The notes below the pieces were generated by a model that saw only the letters and a list, made by a program, of their open reading frames with translations, did no database searches and was not told where the DNA came from. The position numbers were made by a program, and so were the translations under genes. A stretch of DNA of 64,000 nucleotides from Octopus sinensis. Its lineage: Eukaryota. Below are positions 11,632 through 24,789 of this stretch, piece by piece (the stretch's first letter is position 1; the number at the start of each line of letters is the position of its first letter). Location: the NCBI RefSeq assembly GCF_006345805.1, contig NC_043012.1, forward strand, positions 5,208,001 through 5,272,000, in the 5' to 3' direction.

Positions 11632-12090
11632 CAATATAGCTCGTTGTAAAATCTCAAGGAAAGATGAGAATACTAACGATACTAACAAGTTAATCGCCAC
11701 ATTAAAGTGTCTGTTGCATGTTAATGCTAGTTTAACCCCAGGTAGATCTTCCGCCAGCTGGTTTTGAGATTTTACGACTAGCTATTTTACTTGCTGCAAT
11801 TCAGAGACCGATGGTTGCTTTGTTTGCAATATATTGCTAGCTGGAGCGGATTCAGGCTTTCCCTCTGGCGATCAGGTGTTCGCGACTGCAGAGGAGCAAA
11901 CTAGCTCGAAACTGAGTCAGTCTCACGATTCTGTCGTCTGCTGGAGGATGGTAGAGGTTCGCTGCCCTACTAACAATATGCATGTACAGTGTGCAGTGTT
12001 GCACAGTTAACCAGCTAGCGGATGATCTGCCAGGGGTTAAACTAGCAGTAACATAGAACAGTTACTTTTATATGGCGATTAACTTTAATA

Positions 12091-12093
<3 letters not shown>
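11632..12093 (+). mobile_element. Foldback non-coding element carrying a hammerhead (retrozyme-like or MITE-like)
   Basis: Imperfect ~85-bp inverted arms at 11680-11763 and 12009-12093, further nested helices, (TA)n flanks. Confidence 0.68.
11880..11928 (+). ncRNA. Type I hammerhead motif, A6C core variant
   Basis: TCGCGA-CTGCAGA-G-GAGC-AAACTA-GCTC-GAA-ACTGAGTCAGT-C-TCACGA. Stem I 5/6 paired, palindromic stem III, GUC site. Confidence 0.7.
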
Positions 12094-12144
<51 letters not shown>

Positions 12145-12146
<2 letters not shown>

Positions 12147-12192
12147 CTAATTTAGAGACGAAACACCATGGTGATTCGTCTCTAAATTAGTT
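12145..12192. repeat. 48-bp near-perfect palindrome
   Basis: AACTAATTTAGAGACGAA-A-CACCATGGTG-A-TTCGTCTCTAAATTAGTT. Confidence 0.9.
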
Positions 12193-12283
12193 TTAATACA
12201 TTATATATTACGAAATTCGGTCTAATGTTATTATACTGAATTTTACCTGTAAGGTTGGAATGATAATTTATTCCCTAATATTA

Positions 12284-12327
<44 letters not shown>

Positions 12328-12521
12328 TATATATATATAATTATTAATTGAGGAAATAAAATCTAAACTTACAAGGAAAAAGAATTCAATTTAGAAATAC
12401 TAAATCAAATTCCACACATATAATATATATATAAAAAAATTATTGAAAAAAAACACCTTTTATCAATTCAATATATATAAATACATATATAATATATATA
12501 TATATGTGTGTTGTGGTGTGT

Positions 12522-12576
<55 letters not shown>

Positions 12577-12679
12577 ATGTATGTGTGTATATATGTTCTT
12601 CTTTTCGGATTATGGCTGCTGTTGCTTAGTGAGTGGGATTGATTCAGTGCACAGCCTTTCCTCACTTTAAAAAAAATCT

Positions 12680-13150
12680 TCTTGCACAGGCATTGCACGA
12701 TAACAACATTGATTAAGCTTCGTGCAATGGCCATACTCGATAACGAGGAGGCAGCCACCATGTATATATGTATGTATGTATGTATGTATGTCATAGTTGC
12801 ACCCTCGTTACACGAGAAAAGCCATCGCCAAGATTTACAGAAATGATTCACGATTATTGCCATGTGATGCCTTTATATGACTCAAACCTGGCCAAGCTGT
12901 TACACATTTTATTACATACTAGACAACTGTGCTGGATGGGAGGAGAAATAGTTACCAGCATAGGCACTCTCTTAACATGTCTTTTTAGACCTCCAACTGA
13001 GAGGCACAACCTTCCACATGTTATACATGTTCTGCTGGGAATTTTAATAGCCACACCACTCTTTATCATGGGCCGATTACAATTTTATACAACAACTTCG
13101 AATTTTCAGCCAGCTACGCCATCGTTGCCTTCATATACGAGGGATTTTAA
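12680..13150 (-). mobile_element. RTE-clade LINE 3' end fragment
   Basis: CITCGRLCLSVGGLKRH plus a second CLVCNKMC motif, resembling the C-terminal CxxCGRxCxSxxGLxxH of RTE ORFs. Confidence 0.65.
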
Positions 13151-13498
13151 CTGATTAAATATTGACTTGCTATAATTTTTCTTCTAAGCAGAGGAATAAA
13201 AAATACTTTTCGCTGTTGTGTGGTCAAGGCGTAGTATCGTATATTAGAGTAATTTCCTTTATTTATCTTATTTTGCTGTGTACGAAGTGAATAACTAGAC
13301 ATGTTTACAGAACACAAAGTGAAAAGTTTAAAAACTGTAATTTAAATACGTTAAATATACCTAACGCTTCAAAATACATGCTGTGTTGTGCGTAAGTATT
13401 TCATGTATACACACAATCACAATCACACGCACACAAAAACACGCTCGCGCCCGCAACACATATTATATGTACATATATACGCATATATATATATACAT

Positions 13499-13560
<62 letters not shown>

Positions 13561-13941
13561 TTTTAGATAGATGGATAGATGTAAATGTATATATGCATAT
13601 ATTGATAAGATACCGCTGTTTCTATTTATATCTGGAACCTTCAAGATAAGATCTTGAAATTTAATTAATTCTTTTCATCTTAGTACCTTTTTTTTTCCTG
13701 TTTTTCGACTTGAACATTTTTTCTCCTCTATCTCATCATTCGTTCTATCTATCTCGTCCTCTCTCTCTTTCTCTCTCCCAATCTATCAATATATTTATCT
13801 TCCTAGATATATATCTCTATCTATCTATTGTTCTCTCTCTCTCTCTCTCTCTCTCTCTGTAGCTCTATCTTTAACTCTGTTACTATCTAATTCTCGTTCT
13901 GTTTTTCTTTTTTGTTTTCTCCCCGACATATTTCATATTCG

Positions 13942-13991
<50 letters not shown>

Positions 13992-14156
13992 ACACACATA
14001 CTCTTATTCTCACCCTCTCTCTATCTCTCTCACCCTCTCTGTCTCACATACTCTCTCTTTCTCGCACTCTCTCACTCTTTCTCTTACCCTCTCTCCCTCA
14101 CACACATTTTCTCTCTCCCTTTCCCTCACCCTCTTTCTTTCTTTCTCTCTCTCCTT

Positions 14157-14190
<34 letters not shown>

Positions 14191-14300
14191 CTATCTATCG
14201 AATCACTCGCTCTGTAATATACTAACTACTATTTCTGCTTTCTTAATTAACTTACATCACCACAATATTTCCCTCCAGGTTTTTCCGTACGTGCTGCTGC

Positions 14301-14358
<58 letters not shown>

Positions 14359-14804
14359 CTAGTAGTAGTAGCAGCAGCATTAAACACAGGTGATATTGCA
14401 AGAGATGTAGTAATTCCAAATGCATTTGTTCATTTAACATTATTCTTATTGTTGTTGTTGTTATTAATGCAGTTCTTGTTATTACTGTTGCTGCGAGTAT
14501 ATTTCCTATAATTACAGATCACTTCACTTCTCACTACTGATGTTGTTCTTGTTGTTCTTGATGTTGATGGCGGTTGTGATGGTGATGACGACGATAATGA
14601 CGATGATGATGATGATGATGATTATGATGATGATGACGGCGATGATGACGATGATGATTATGAGGATAATGATGTTGATTATTATTATAATGATGATGAT
14701 GAGGATGTCACTATAGCTATCATATTAATTCACTATATATCTCCCTTACACACAAACACGCACGCATATATGTGTGTGCGTGTGAGTGTGTGTATATACA
14801 ACTT

Positions 14805-14992
14805 CCTTATTTCTTTATTGCCCACAAGGATCTAGATATTGAGGGGAGAAACAAGGAGAGACAAACGGATTAAGTCGATTACAACGACCCCAGTGCGTAA
14901 CTGGTGCTTAATTTGAACTCAGAACGTAGCGGCAGACGAATTACCGCTAAGCATTTCGCCCCGCGTGCTAACGTTTCTGCCAGCTCGCCGTC
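14805..14992 (-). mobile_element. SINE family B, internally deleted
   Basis: Head and tail match family B, central domain missing. Confidence 0.8.
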
Positions 14993-15502
14993 TTTCTGTG
15001 ATATCTGAGTTATTATCTGTTGTGCATTTTGTTGTTGCTTAAGTCCAGCTCAGTCGTGACTAGGCAGATCAATGATCAAATACATTTCAGACATAACCAT
15101 CCCGCTTTTCTCTCATGCAGTTTTTCTTCTTTTTGTTTTTATCTAGGACTATATTATCCTATACCTAGAATTTCATTAGCCTCTGAATAAATCCTATGAA
15201 ACATTAGGTATATCACGACATTGTAGAGGAAGAACCATCCAGAACAACATAGCAGTTGGTGAAAAGTGTTGGTGGTCAGCATGATAGGAGAGGATCGATA
15301 GGGGTCGGTAGAATGCCACTTGGATACAGGTCTAGGATTGATGCTGATGTTTACTCCAGGACGCAAAATGTGGATAGCTCCAAGCAATTCATTTGCAGAT
15401 GTAATCCCTCTCGCTGCAATACTGTAAGCTGTAACCTGAGGAAGATACAAGGTCGGTCGGCCATTTACTGACTTTTTCAATTCAATATTCGCTCTTTCTC
15501 TC

Positions 15503-15913
15503 TTTTACTCTCTCTTTTACTTGTTTCAGTCATTTGACTGTGGCCATGCTGGAGCACCGCCTTTAGTCGAGCAAATCGACCCCGGGACTTATTTTTGTAA
15601 GCCCAGTACTTATTTTATCGGTCTCTTTTGCCGAACCGCTAAGTGACGGGGACGTAAACACACCAGCATCGGTTGTCAAGTAATGCTAGGGGGACAAACA
15701 CAGACACACAAACACATACACACACACACATATATATATATACATATACACGACAGGCTTCTTTCAGTTTCCGTCTACCAAATCCGCTCACAAGGCATTG
15801 GTCGGCCCGGGGCTATAGCAGAAGACACTTGCCCAAGATGCCACGCAGTGGGACTGAACCCGGAACCATGTGGTTGGTAAGGACGCTACTTACCACACAG
15901 CCACTCCTGCGCC
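15503..15913 (-). mobile_element. SINE family A, full length
   Basis: GGCGCAGGAGTGGCTGTGTGGTAAG head through the (GTAAAAGAGA)n tail. Confidence 0.9.
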
Positions 15914-16369
15914 TATGTGAACTTGTTAATGAAGACACCGTTTCTCTCACTCCGTTTTCTTTCCTCAATTGTTTCTGCCCAGAACGTCAGACAAATTGTT
16001 TGTTGATTCCGTGTGCGTGTGTGTGTGTGTCTGTCTGTCTGTGAGTGTGTGCGTGGGTGTGTGTGCGTATGTGTGTGACGCACATGTAAAAATCATTAAT
16101 AAAGAGCAGAAGCAATGCAGAGACTCAACGGTAGATAGTTTCATACGTTACCATTTATCAAAACCTATATGTGTGTGTGTAAGAATTCATATCTGTGTGT
16201 ATATATGTATGTGTATGTATGAGTGTATGTGTGTATGTGGAGATAAATTGATAGACACATACATTCATATAAGCATTCGTAAATACGTACACAAATATCG
16301 CGATTGAATATAAAGAATATGTTTGTTTTGTATTCATTTCGGTGTGGTGATAAAAACAGCGAAACAAAG

Positions 16370-18710
16370 AGGGGGATTTGAGAGAGGGAAGAGGGGTAAA
16401 AGGAGGAAGGGGAGGTAGAAATCTTCAACATTCAAGAGAGGGGGATTTGAGAGGGGGAAGGGGAGGAGGGGGAGTTAGAAATCTTCCACATTCCAGAGAG
16501 GGGGATTTGAAGGAGGAAGGGGAGGAAGGGGAGGTAGAAATCTTCCACATTCCAGAGAGGGGGATTTGGGGGGGGAAGGGGAGGTGAAGGGGGGTAGAAT
16601 CTTCCACATTCCGAGAGGGGGATTTGAAGGAGAAGGGGAGAAGGGGAGGTAGAAATCTTCCAAATTCCAGAGAGGGGGATTTGAAGGAGGAAGGGGAGGA
16701 AGGGGAGGTAGTAATCTTCAACATTCCGAGAGGGTGATTTGAGAGGGGAAAGGGGAGGAAGGGGAGGTAGAAATCTTCCCCATTCCAGAGAGGGGGATTT
16801 GAGAGGGGGAAGGGGAGAAAGGGGAGGTAGAAATCTTCCACATTCCAAAGAGGGGGATTTGAGAGGGGGAAGGAGAGGAAGGGGAGTTAGAAATCTTCAA
16901 CATTCCAGAGAGGGGGAAGGGGAGGTAGAAATCTTCCACATTCCAGAGAGGGGGATTTTAAGGAGGAAGGGGAGGAAGGGTAGGTAGAAATCTTCCACAT
17001 TCCAGAGAGGGAGATTTGAGAGGAGGAAGGAGGAATGGGAGTTAGAAATCTTCCACATTCCTAGAGGGGGATTTGAGAGGGGGATTTGAGACGGGGAAGG
17101 GGAGGAAGGGGAGGAAGGGGAGGTAGAAATCTTCCACATTCCAGAGAGGGGAATTTGAAGGAGGAAGGTGAGGAAGGGAAGTTAGAAATCTTCCACATTC
17201 CAGAGAGGGAGATTTGAGAGGGGGACGGGGAGGAAGGGGAGGTAGAAATCTTCCACATTCCAGAGAGGGGGATTTGAAGGAGGAAGGTGAGGAAGGGAAT
17301 TTAGAAATCTTCCCCATTCCAGAGAGGGGGATTTGAGAGGGGGAAGTGGAGGAAGGGGAGGTAGAAATCTTCCACATTCCAGAGAGGGGGATTTGAAGGA
17401 GGAAGGGGAGGAAGGGTAGTTAGAAATCTTCCACATTCCGAGAGGGGGATTTGAGAGGGGGAAGGGATGAAGGGGAGTAGAGAATCTTCCACATTCCGAG
17501 AGAGAGGGGGATTTGAGAGGGGGAAGGGGGGAAGGGGAGGAAGGAGAGGTAGAAATCTTCCACATTCCAGTGAGGGGGATTTGAGAGGGAGAAGGGGAGG
17601 AAGGGGAGTTAGAAATCTTCCACATTCCGGAGAGGGGAATTTGAGAGGTGGAAGGGGAGGAAGGGAGGTAGAAATCTTCCACATTCCAGAGAGGGGGATT
17701 TGAGAGGGGGAAGAGGAGGAAGGAGAGGTAGAAATCTTCAACATTCCAGAGAGGGGGATTTGAGAGAGGGAAGGGGAGGAAGGGAAGTTAGAAATCTTCA
17801 ACATTCCAGAGAGGGGGATTTGAGAGGGTGAAGGCGAGGAAGGGGAGGTAGCAATCTTCAACATTCCAGAATTGAGAGAGGAAGTGGAGGAAGGGGAGGT
17901 AGAAATCCTTAACATTCCAGAGAGGGGGATTTGAGAGGGGGAATTGGGAAAGGTAGTTAGAAATCCTTCAACATTCCAGAGTGGGGGATTTGAGAGAGGG
18001 TAGGGGGGTATGGGAGTTAGAAAACTTCCACATTCCATAGAGGAGGATTTTAGACGGGGAGGGTGTGGAAGAAGGGATTTGAGAGGGGGAATGGGAGAAA
18101 GTGGAGTTAGAATTCCTCCACATTCCAGAGAGGGAGATTTGAGAGGGAGAAAAGGAGGAAGGGGAGTTAGAAATCCTCCACATTCCAGCGGGGGGATTTG
18201 GGAGGGGGAGGGGGAAGGGAGTTATAAATCTTCTACATTCCAGAGAGGGGGATTTGAGAGGGCGAAGGGGTGGAAGTGGGGTAGAAATTTTGAACTTTCT
18301 AGAGAGATGAATTTGAAAGGGGGAAGTAGAGGAATGGGATGTAGAGATCTTCAACCTTCCAGATATGAGATTTGAGAGGGGAAAGGGATGGAATGTGTGG
18401 CAACATTCTTCAACATTCCAGAGAGGGATTTTGACAGGGGGAATGTTTGAAGGGAGGAAGTAGAGGTAGAAATTGTGAACTTTCCAGCGATGTATTTGAG
18501 AGGGGATGGAGAGGAAAGGGAAGTAGAATTTTTTTAAATTCCAGAGAAGGGTATTTGAGATCGGGAAGGGAGGAAGGGGAGGAAGTTTATAGAGGAGTAT
18601 TTGCGAGAGGGAAAGGAGAGGAAGGGGTGGACGGTTATGTAGAAATCTTCAACATTCCAGAGTGGAGTGTTTGAGCTGTTGAAGGAGAGTAAGTGGAGGA
18701 AGGGGAGGTA
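16370..18710 (+). repeat. 60-bp purine/G-rich minisatellite, about 39 copies
   Basis: Unit GAGAGGGGGATTTGAGAGGGGGAAGGGGAGGAAGGGGAGGTAGAAATCTTCCACATTCCA, decaying towards the right end. Confidence 0.95.
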
Positions 18711-18755
18711 TTTCGTGTGTATTCACATTTCAATGTTACCTTACTTTCAAAGCAT

Positions 18756-19010
18756 TTATAAAGGTACCCGTAAAACTGCGTATCTCGGTAACCCGTGGTC
18801 CGATTTACGCGAAACTTGTTTTGTTCCGTTTGTATTCACATGAGCATCCGATTCATGAGGTCTCCTACTTGTGTCTCTTTCCCTCTGTTTCGCCAGACAC
18901 TCAGCTCTCCGGACATCCGATTCCTGGTCTCTCTTGCTTCTATCTCTTTCCCTCTGTTCCGCCAGATACTCAGCCCTTGCTTTATCAGTCTCATTGATCC
19001 TTCTATTCAC
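18756..19010 (-). pseudogene. Helitron Rep/helicase N-terminal repeat-like fragment
   Basis: ETDKARAEYLAEQRERDRSKRDQ-ESDVRRAECLAKQRERDTSRRPH-ESD has the E[ST]xxxRxxxLxxxRxR periodicity seen in animal Helitron proteins. Confidence 0.5.
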
Positions 19011-20639
19011 ATACCTGTCCCGATCTTGGGTAAATACATCGTCAAGGACCCGTTCGTATTTCGGTGTGAAATAATTTTTTCCACAGGTTTTTTGGGGAGC
19101 ATTTAAAGTATCTCTCCTCCAAATTCATCGCAATCCACTTTATTCCGAAAAAGTAAGTGGCGAGAGGTTGAGGCGACCTCAGAGTTTCCCACCAACGGTG
19201 TTTTACTTCGTTTTTTTTTCTTGTCCAGGTTATTTCGCATGCTTTCAACGAATATGACATTGAAATCACGCGTAAACGGCTCCTTTCCCCACAAAAGGAA
19301 AGATTTAGTCGCTATTTCTTGCACGCTCTGCTACCACGTAACAGCTATTTCGAGTCCTATATCGCAAAAGCTGTTACGTGGTGGCAGGGCGTACTAGAAA
19401 TAGCAGCCAAACCTTTGGAGGTGAGATACGTTGAATGCACTGGAAATAAAACTTATGGAAAAAAATTATTCCACACCGGGATTACGAACGGACTTTTTAC
19501 GAAATATTTACCATATTTTTAAAGTCATTTTCACTTGGATGTATTTTTTGATATGTCAAAACGAATTTTTGGTAATGGAATGGTATTCACTTGCAAATAA
19601 TTTTTTTTTAAATATATATATTGTCAGTTTAAGAATGCTAAAATATAAATACTTACTGTACAAACACATTACATTTTAAAATCATATTCATTTTTGAAAT
19701 CATATTTCTAAATGATTAAAATATTGTGTTTAACAAAAGCGAAAACAGAATCATTTAAAAACAACTCGTATGTTTTCGTTGGCAAATTAAAGTCACTAAG
19801 ACTTTTGCCAACCATAACGTGTCTAATCGAAAGGTTAGAATTTCTTCCCTTTCAGGGTTAAGTTATATTCGGAATATTTTCCTATCATGCACTGTTTTGA
19901 CTATTTATACCCCCAAAAACCCCATATCTCAAAAACTAGTGGTCCGATTTATGCAAAATTTGTTTTATTCCGTTTGTATTCACATTTCAGGCAATTTAGT
20001 TTTAAAGTATTTTCCCATTATGCGCCGGTTTGGCTATGTAACATTCCAAGCAAGCAAGAATGAAGCTCTGAAACATTTTTAAGGATGTTAAGGATATTTA
20101 CCCATGTATGTAAGCATGCATGCATGCATGTATATGTTTGTATGTGAGTTATATTTCGTGTACAAAGTGAATTTTAGGGAAGTGACATGAAAGGCCTTTA
20201 TTTCGTGACGTTGTAAAATATTTCGATATAAAAGTCCAAGCTTCTATTTTACAGGGCTGAATGAAATTAACAGTACGGTTAACTTGCCTAGCAGCTTAGC
20301 TAATTTGGTTGCCCAAACAACAGGATACTGATCGTCGTAACTAACGGAGATCCATTTACTATTACCTCATATAATGTGCGTGTGTGCGTGTATGTGTGTA
20401 TTAGTAATTAACTCCGTAATTTAATTACACATGTACTTATAAGTGAATATCTATATCGACAGCTTGCTTTCACGCAGGTCTCTCGGTACAGATCAACGAA
20501 CTTCCTTTATGATTATTATTGCCTCCTCCTCTAGTTATTCGCCTATTATCTCTCTATTTCAACCATTCCTCTTACTCTCCCTCCTCTCAATTTTCATTTC
20601 ACATGCTTTCCTACTTGTTTACAAGCCTTCTTTTCCTCT

Positions 20640-21146
20640 TCTTCGTCTTTTGCATCATCATCATCATCATCATCATCATTATCGTTATCACCGTCGTCTC
20701 CTTTCTTCATCCTCTTCTTTTAGTTCATCTTCGTCTTCTTCATCGTCATCACCCATACATTCATCCATCCCTCTATCTCCATCCATCATCATCCATTATT
20801 CATTCATCATTATCAGTATCTTCTTCTCATTGTTGTTGTTCTTTCCTACTTCTTCTTTTCCTTTTTTCCTCCTCTTCTTCTTCTTCTTCTTCCTTCTTCT
20901 CCCTTTTCTTCACCTTTTTATTCCCCTTCTTCTTCTCCTCCTCCTTCTTCCTGTTCTTCTTCTCCACCTTCCTCTTCTTCTCCTCCTCCTTTTCCTCCTC
21001 CTCCTTCTTCCTGTTCTTCTCCTTCTGCTTTTTCTTCTTTTCCTCCTCCTCCTCCTTCTCCTTCCTGTTCATCTTCTCCTTCTTCTCCTCATCTTTTTCT
21101 TCTTAAATAATCTGCCTTTATTAATATCATCAGTATTTGTTATTGC

Positions 21147-21191
<45 letters not shown>

Positions 21192-21390
21192 GATTATTAT
21201 TATTATTGTTATCATCATCATCATCATCGTTATTGTAGTAGTAGTAGTAGTAGCTGTTATAATAATTTTCATTATTGTTGATATTAATAATATTGATATT
21301 ATTTTATCTGTTATTATAACTATTATTTATTAATATGAACACTTGGCGTTATTATTACTGTTACTACTAATAATACAACTACACAATAAC

Positions 21391-21452
<62 letters not shown>

Positions 21453-21470
21453 ATTGTGGTGGTGGTAGTG
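20640..21470. repeat. Compound trinucleotide microsatellites (CAT, CTT/CCT, ATT, AGT)
   Basis: Read directly from the sequence. Confidence 0.9.
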
Positions 21471-21587
21471 GTAGTCCCTCTCCCCGCCTATATTCCCTCT
21501 TTCTATAGTCCATTCTTCTCGCATACGTGAACAGACTCGAAGACCTTATTCAATGTTGTACATGAGATATTTTATTATTTACTTTTG

Positions 21588-21618
<31 letters not shown>

Positions 21619-22012
21619 TTTGTTTATTTATTTGTTTGCTTTCTGAAACCATTTTTGAAGATGATTGAATGAAAGTTTCCTGGACGTCATCAGACCGGGG
21701 AATTCCATGCGAGAATCGAAGATCGATGAAATAATCTTAATATATTGATAAGCGTTTCAATGATTAATTCAATAGAAATCAGCAGGAGTAACAACAACAA
21801 CAACAGCAGAAGCAGCAGCAGCAGCAGCAACATTGATGAAAGCGGTAGGCTCAGTAAAATCAGTCTTCGCCCTCGTATTTCGACACATCATTATTATCGT
21901 CTTCATCAATGCTACCACCACCATCACCACTGCCATCAACGCTATCACCTTCATTCTAACCATGACGAATATATATTTATGCATTCACAGACCCCTACAT
22001 ATATATATGTTA

Positions 22013-22043
<31 letters not shown>

Positions 22044-22298
22044 TATAGACAGAAAGACAGACGGAAAGATAGATATAAATATAGATAGATAGATAGACAG
22101 ACAGACACACAGACAGACATATAGGTAGGTAGATTATATAGATAGATAGATAGTAGTCGATAGATAGATAGAAGATAGATAGATAGATAGATAGAGATAG
22201 ATAGATAGATAGATAGTAGATAGATATCAAATATATATATTATATACATATGTGTGTCGTGCTTAATGTATATCAATGAAAGTCTGTATATAAATATG

Positions 22299-22370
<72 letters not shown>

Positions 22371-22392
22371 GTGTGTGCATGTGTGTGTGTGC

Positions 22393-22427
<35 letters not shown>

Positions 22428-22823
22428 TGCGTGTTAGTTTAACGCTCAGAAAGTCATTTATGTTTCTTGCCTACGCTCTTCGACAGAAAGAAATGCGGAA
22501 ATAAACAGGGAGAGAAAATAGAAACAGTATAGTGGCTAGCGATCTATCATGGCGAATGCCGGACAGAGGGGACACATAGCAGAGCTAGGAAGAAGCGGAG
22601 ATAATAAAGTAGTGATGATCCCAAAACGAAGGTGCGCGTGCGTCTGTATGTGAGAGCGTGTATGTGCGTGTGGAAGGAGGCTGGTGACATTGACGTGTAT
22701 GTGTGTACATGTGTAGGTGTGTGGATGATGGTGTAGGTGCTGGGAAGTAGTCAGTGCTAGTGTGTGCGCTGGTGTGGGTGCTGGGAAATGGTATGTATAT
22801 AGATATATATATAAACTCAGATA

Positions 22824-22878
<55 letters not shown>

Positions 22879-23019
22879 TATATATATCATACGTGTGTGT
22901 CCACATATACATATATACACATGTATATTGTGTATGTGCACGCAGAGTATTAATTAGATGACTAATTTTCACTATTACGACACTGATTTTTTCAGGTTAT
23001 GAAAATTATGTGTGTGTGT

Positions 23020-23235
23020 GTGTGTGTGCGTATGTTTGTGGTGTGTCTGTGTTTGTCCCCCACCATCGCTTGACAACCGATGCTGGTGTGATTATGTCCC
23101 CGTAACTTAGCGGTTCGGCAAAAGAGACCGATAGAATAAGTACTTGGCTTACAAGAAATAAGTCCTCCTGTCGATTTGCTTGACTAAAGGCGGTGCTCCA
23201 GCATGGCCACAGTCAAATGACTGAAGCAAAATAGG
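23020..23235 (+). mobile_element. SINE family A, 3' half
   Basis: Matches family A from the internal microsatellite to the tail. Confidence 0.85.
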
Positions 23236-23916
23236 AATATACATGTGTGTGTGTGTATACATATATATGTGTGTGTATGTGTGTGTATACATGGAGAGAG
23301 ATAGAGATAGATAGATAGAGAGAGGGAGAGAAAGAGAGGGAGGAAGAAAGAGAAGAAATAGTGAAGGATTATCAATCCAGGCAAAATACTTCATAAGCTC
23401 GCTGCTAATATGGTGATGGGAGCTGACGCACGTCCGTAACTGTCCTTCTTCCAAATCTGGCGATACAACACCCCTCCTGCTACTACTACTACTACGACAA
23501 CTTATACCACCCATTTACTTGCTCCGACCTCCTTGTACCTTGTCTTCCTTTGCTCTCTATTCCACTGGAATATCCCAATTGCTCCCCCACCTTCCCCACA
23601 CAATAGTCATTTATCCAGTGCTCTGCTTGTCATTTTCAGAAATGACTGACGAAAGTAGCATTAATTTTCTTAGGTCATTCAATTTACCTCAATTTGAATA
23701 ATAGACCATTTGAGTAAACCTATCAGGAATGTATATATAGTGACCACTGGAAACAGCTGTAATCTAAATTTGCTCCAATGAAGAAAAAATATGTAATGAC
23801 CGTTATTTTTAACTTGTTATATATGAGTGTGTGTGTGTATACCCACGTACACACATACATACACACACACACACACACACATACATACACACACACACAC
23901 ACACATATATATATAT

Positions 23917-24147
23917 GGCGGCGAGCTGGCAGGAGCGTTAGCGCGCTGGGCGAAATGCTTAGCGGTATTTCGTCTGTCGTTACGTTGTGAGTTCAAATTC
24001 CGCCGAGGTCGACTTTGCCTTTCATCCTTTCGGGGTCGATAAATTAAGTACCAGTTACGCACTGGGGTTGATGTAATCAACTTAATCCCTTTGTCTGTCC
24101 TTGTTTGTCCCCTCTATGTTTAGCCCCTTGTGGGCAGTAAAGAAATA
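23917..24147 (+). mobile_element. SINE family B, full monomer
   Basis: GGCGGCGAGCTGGCAGG...GAGTTCAAATTCCGCC...GGGCAGTAAAGAAATA. Confidence 0.9.
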
Positions 24148-24196
24148 TATATATATTATATTATATATATATATATATATATATATTATATTTATA

Positions 24197-24293
<97 letters not shown>

Positions 24294-24594
24294 CATCATT
24301 GGTCCCATACTTTATATATGTGCGTGTTGAAACGGTTCAGGCTGGGGGTATTTCGTGCAGAGGAAGTCCCGTTAGACATAGAGTAAATAATAAAAAGGGA
24401 AAAAAAAACTGTATATCTCAAAACCAGGCGAAATGAATCGAACCATAGGTGAATGGAAACGTTTTAGAAATATTTTCATGAGATAATATAACTGCAACTT
24501 GAAGGCGGAGAGCTGGCAGAGACATTCTGTTTTAAAGCCTTATTAATTAACACATTCACCGGTTCGATTTCCACTTATTTACGTATTTATTTTT

Positions 24595-24631
24595 CTAAAA
24601 TTTTCATTGCTTCTTGCAACCTCTTCAATAG
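24595..24631 (-). ncRNA. Degenerate minimal hammerhead motif
   Basis: Minus strand: CTA-TTGAAGA-G-GTTGC-AAGAA-GCAAT-GAAA-ATTT-TAG. Carries a C3U change and is probably inactive. Confidence 0.45.
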
Positions 24632-24651
24632 CCGTTGACTCTCCCACACAC

Positions 24652-24688
<37 letters not shown>

Positions 24689-24789
24689 TGATAAAACGTA
24701 TGTGGTAAGATAACAAAAGAAAGAAAGAGACCTCAATATTATGTAAATAGAGGAAATTTATCGATACAATTACTCGGTAGTCAAGATAA

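Noticed and set aside
16425-18375. Pro/Ser-rich repetitive ORFs; possible CRISPR-like array
   Set aside because: These are frames of the 60-bp minisatellite. The units have no unique spacers and there are no cas genes.
20443-21333. 296-aa ORF and overlapping low-complexity ORFs
   Set aside because: Translations of trinucleotide microsatellites, with no domain signal.
21665-21700. Minus-strand CTGATGA-CGTCCAG-GAAAC hammerhead-like string with an adjacent GGGGAATTCC NF-kB-like site
   Set aside because: Stems I and III do not form and stem II is 1 bp. A single motif match is uninformative.
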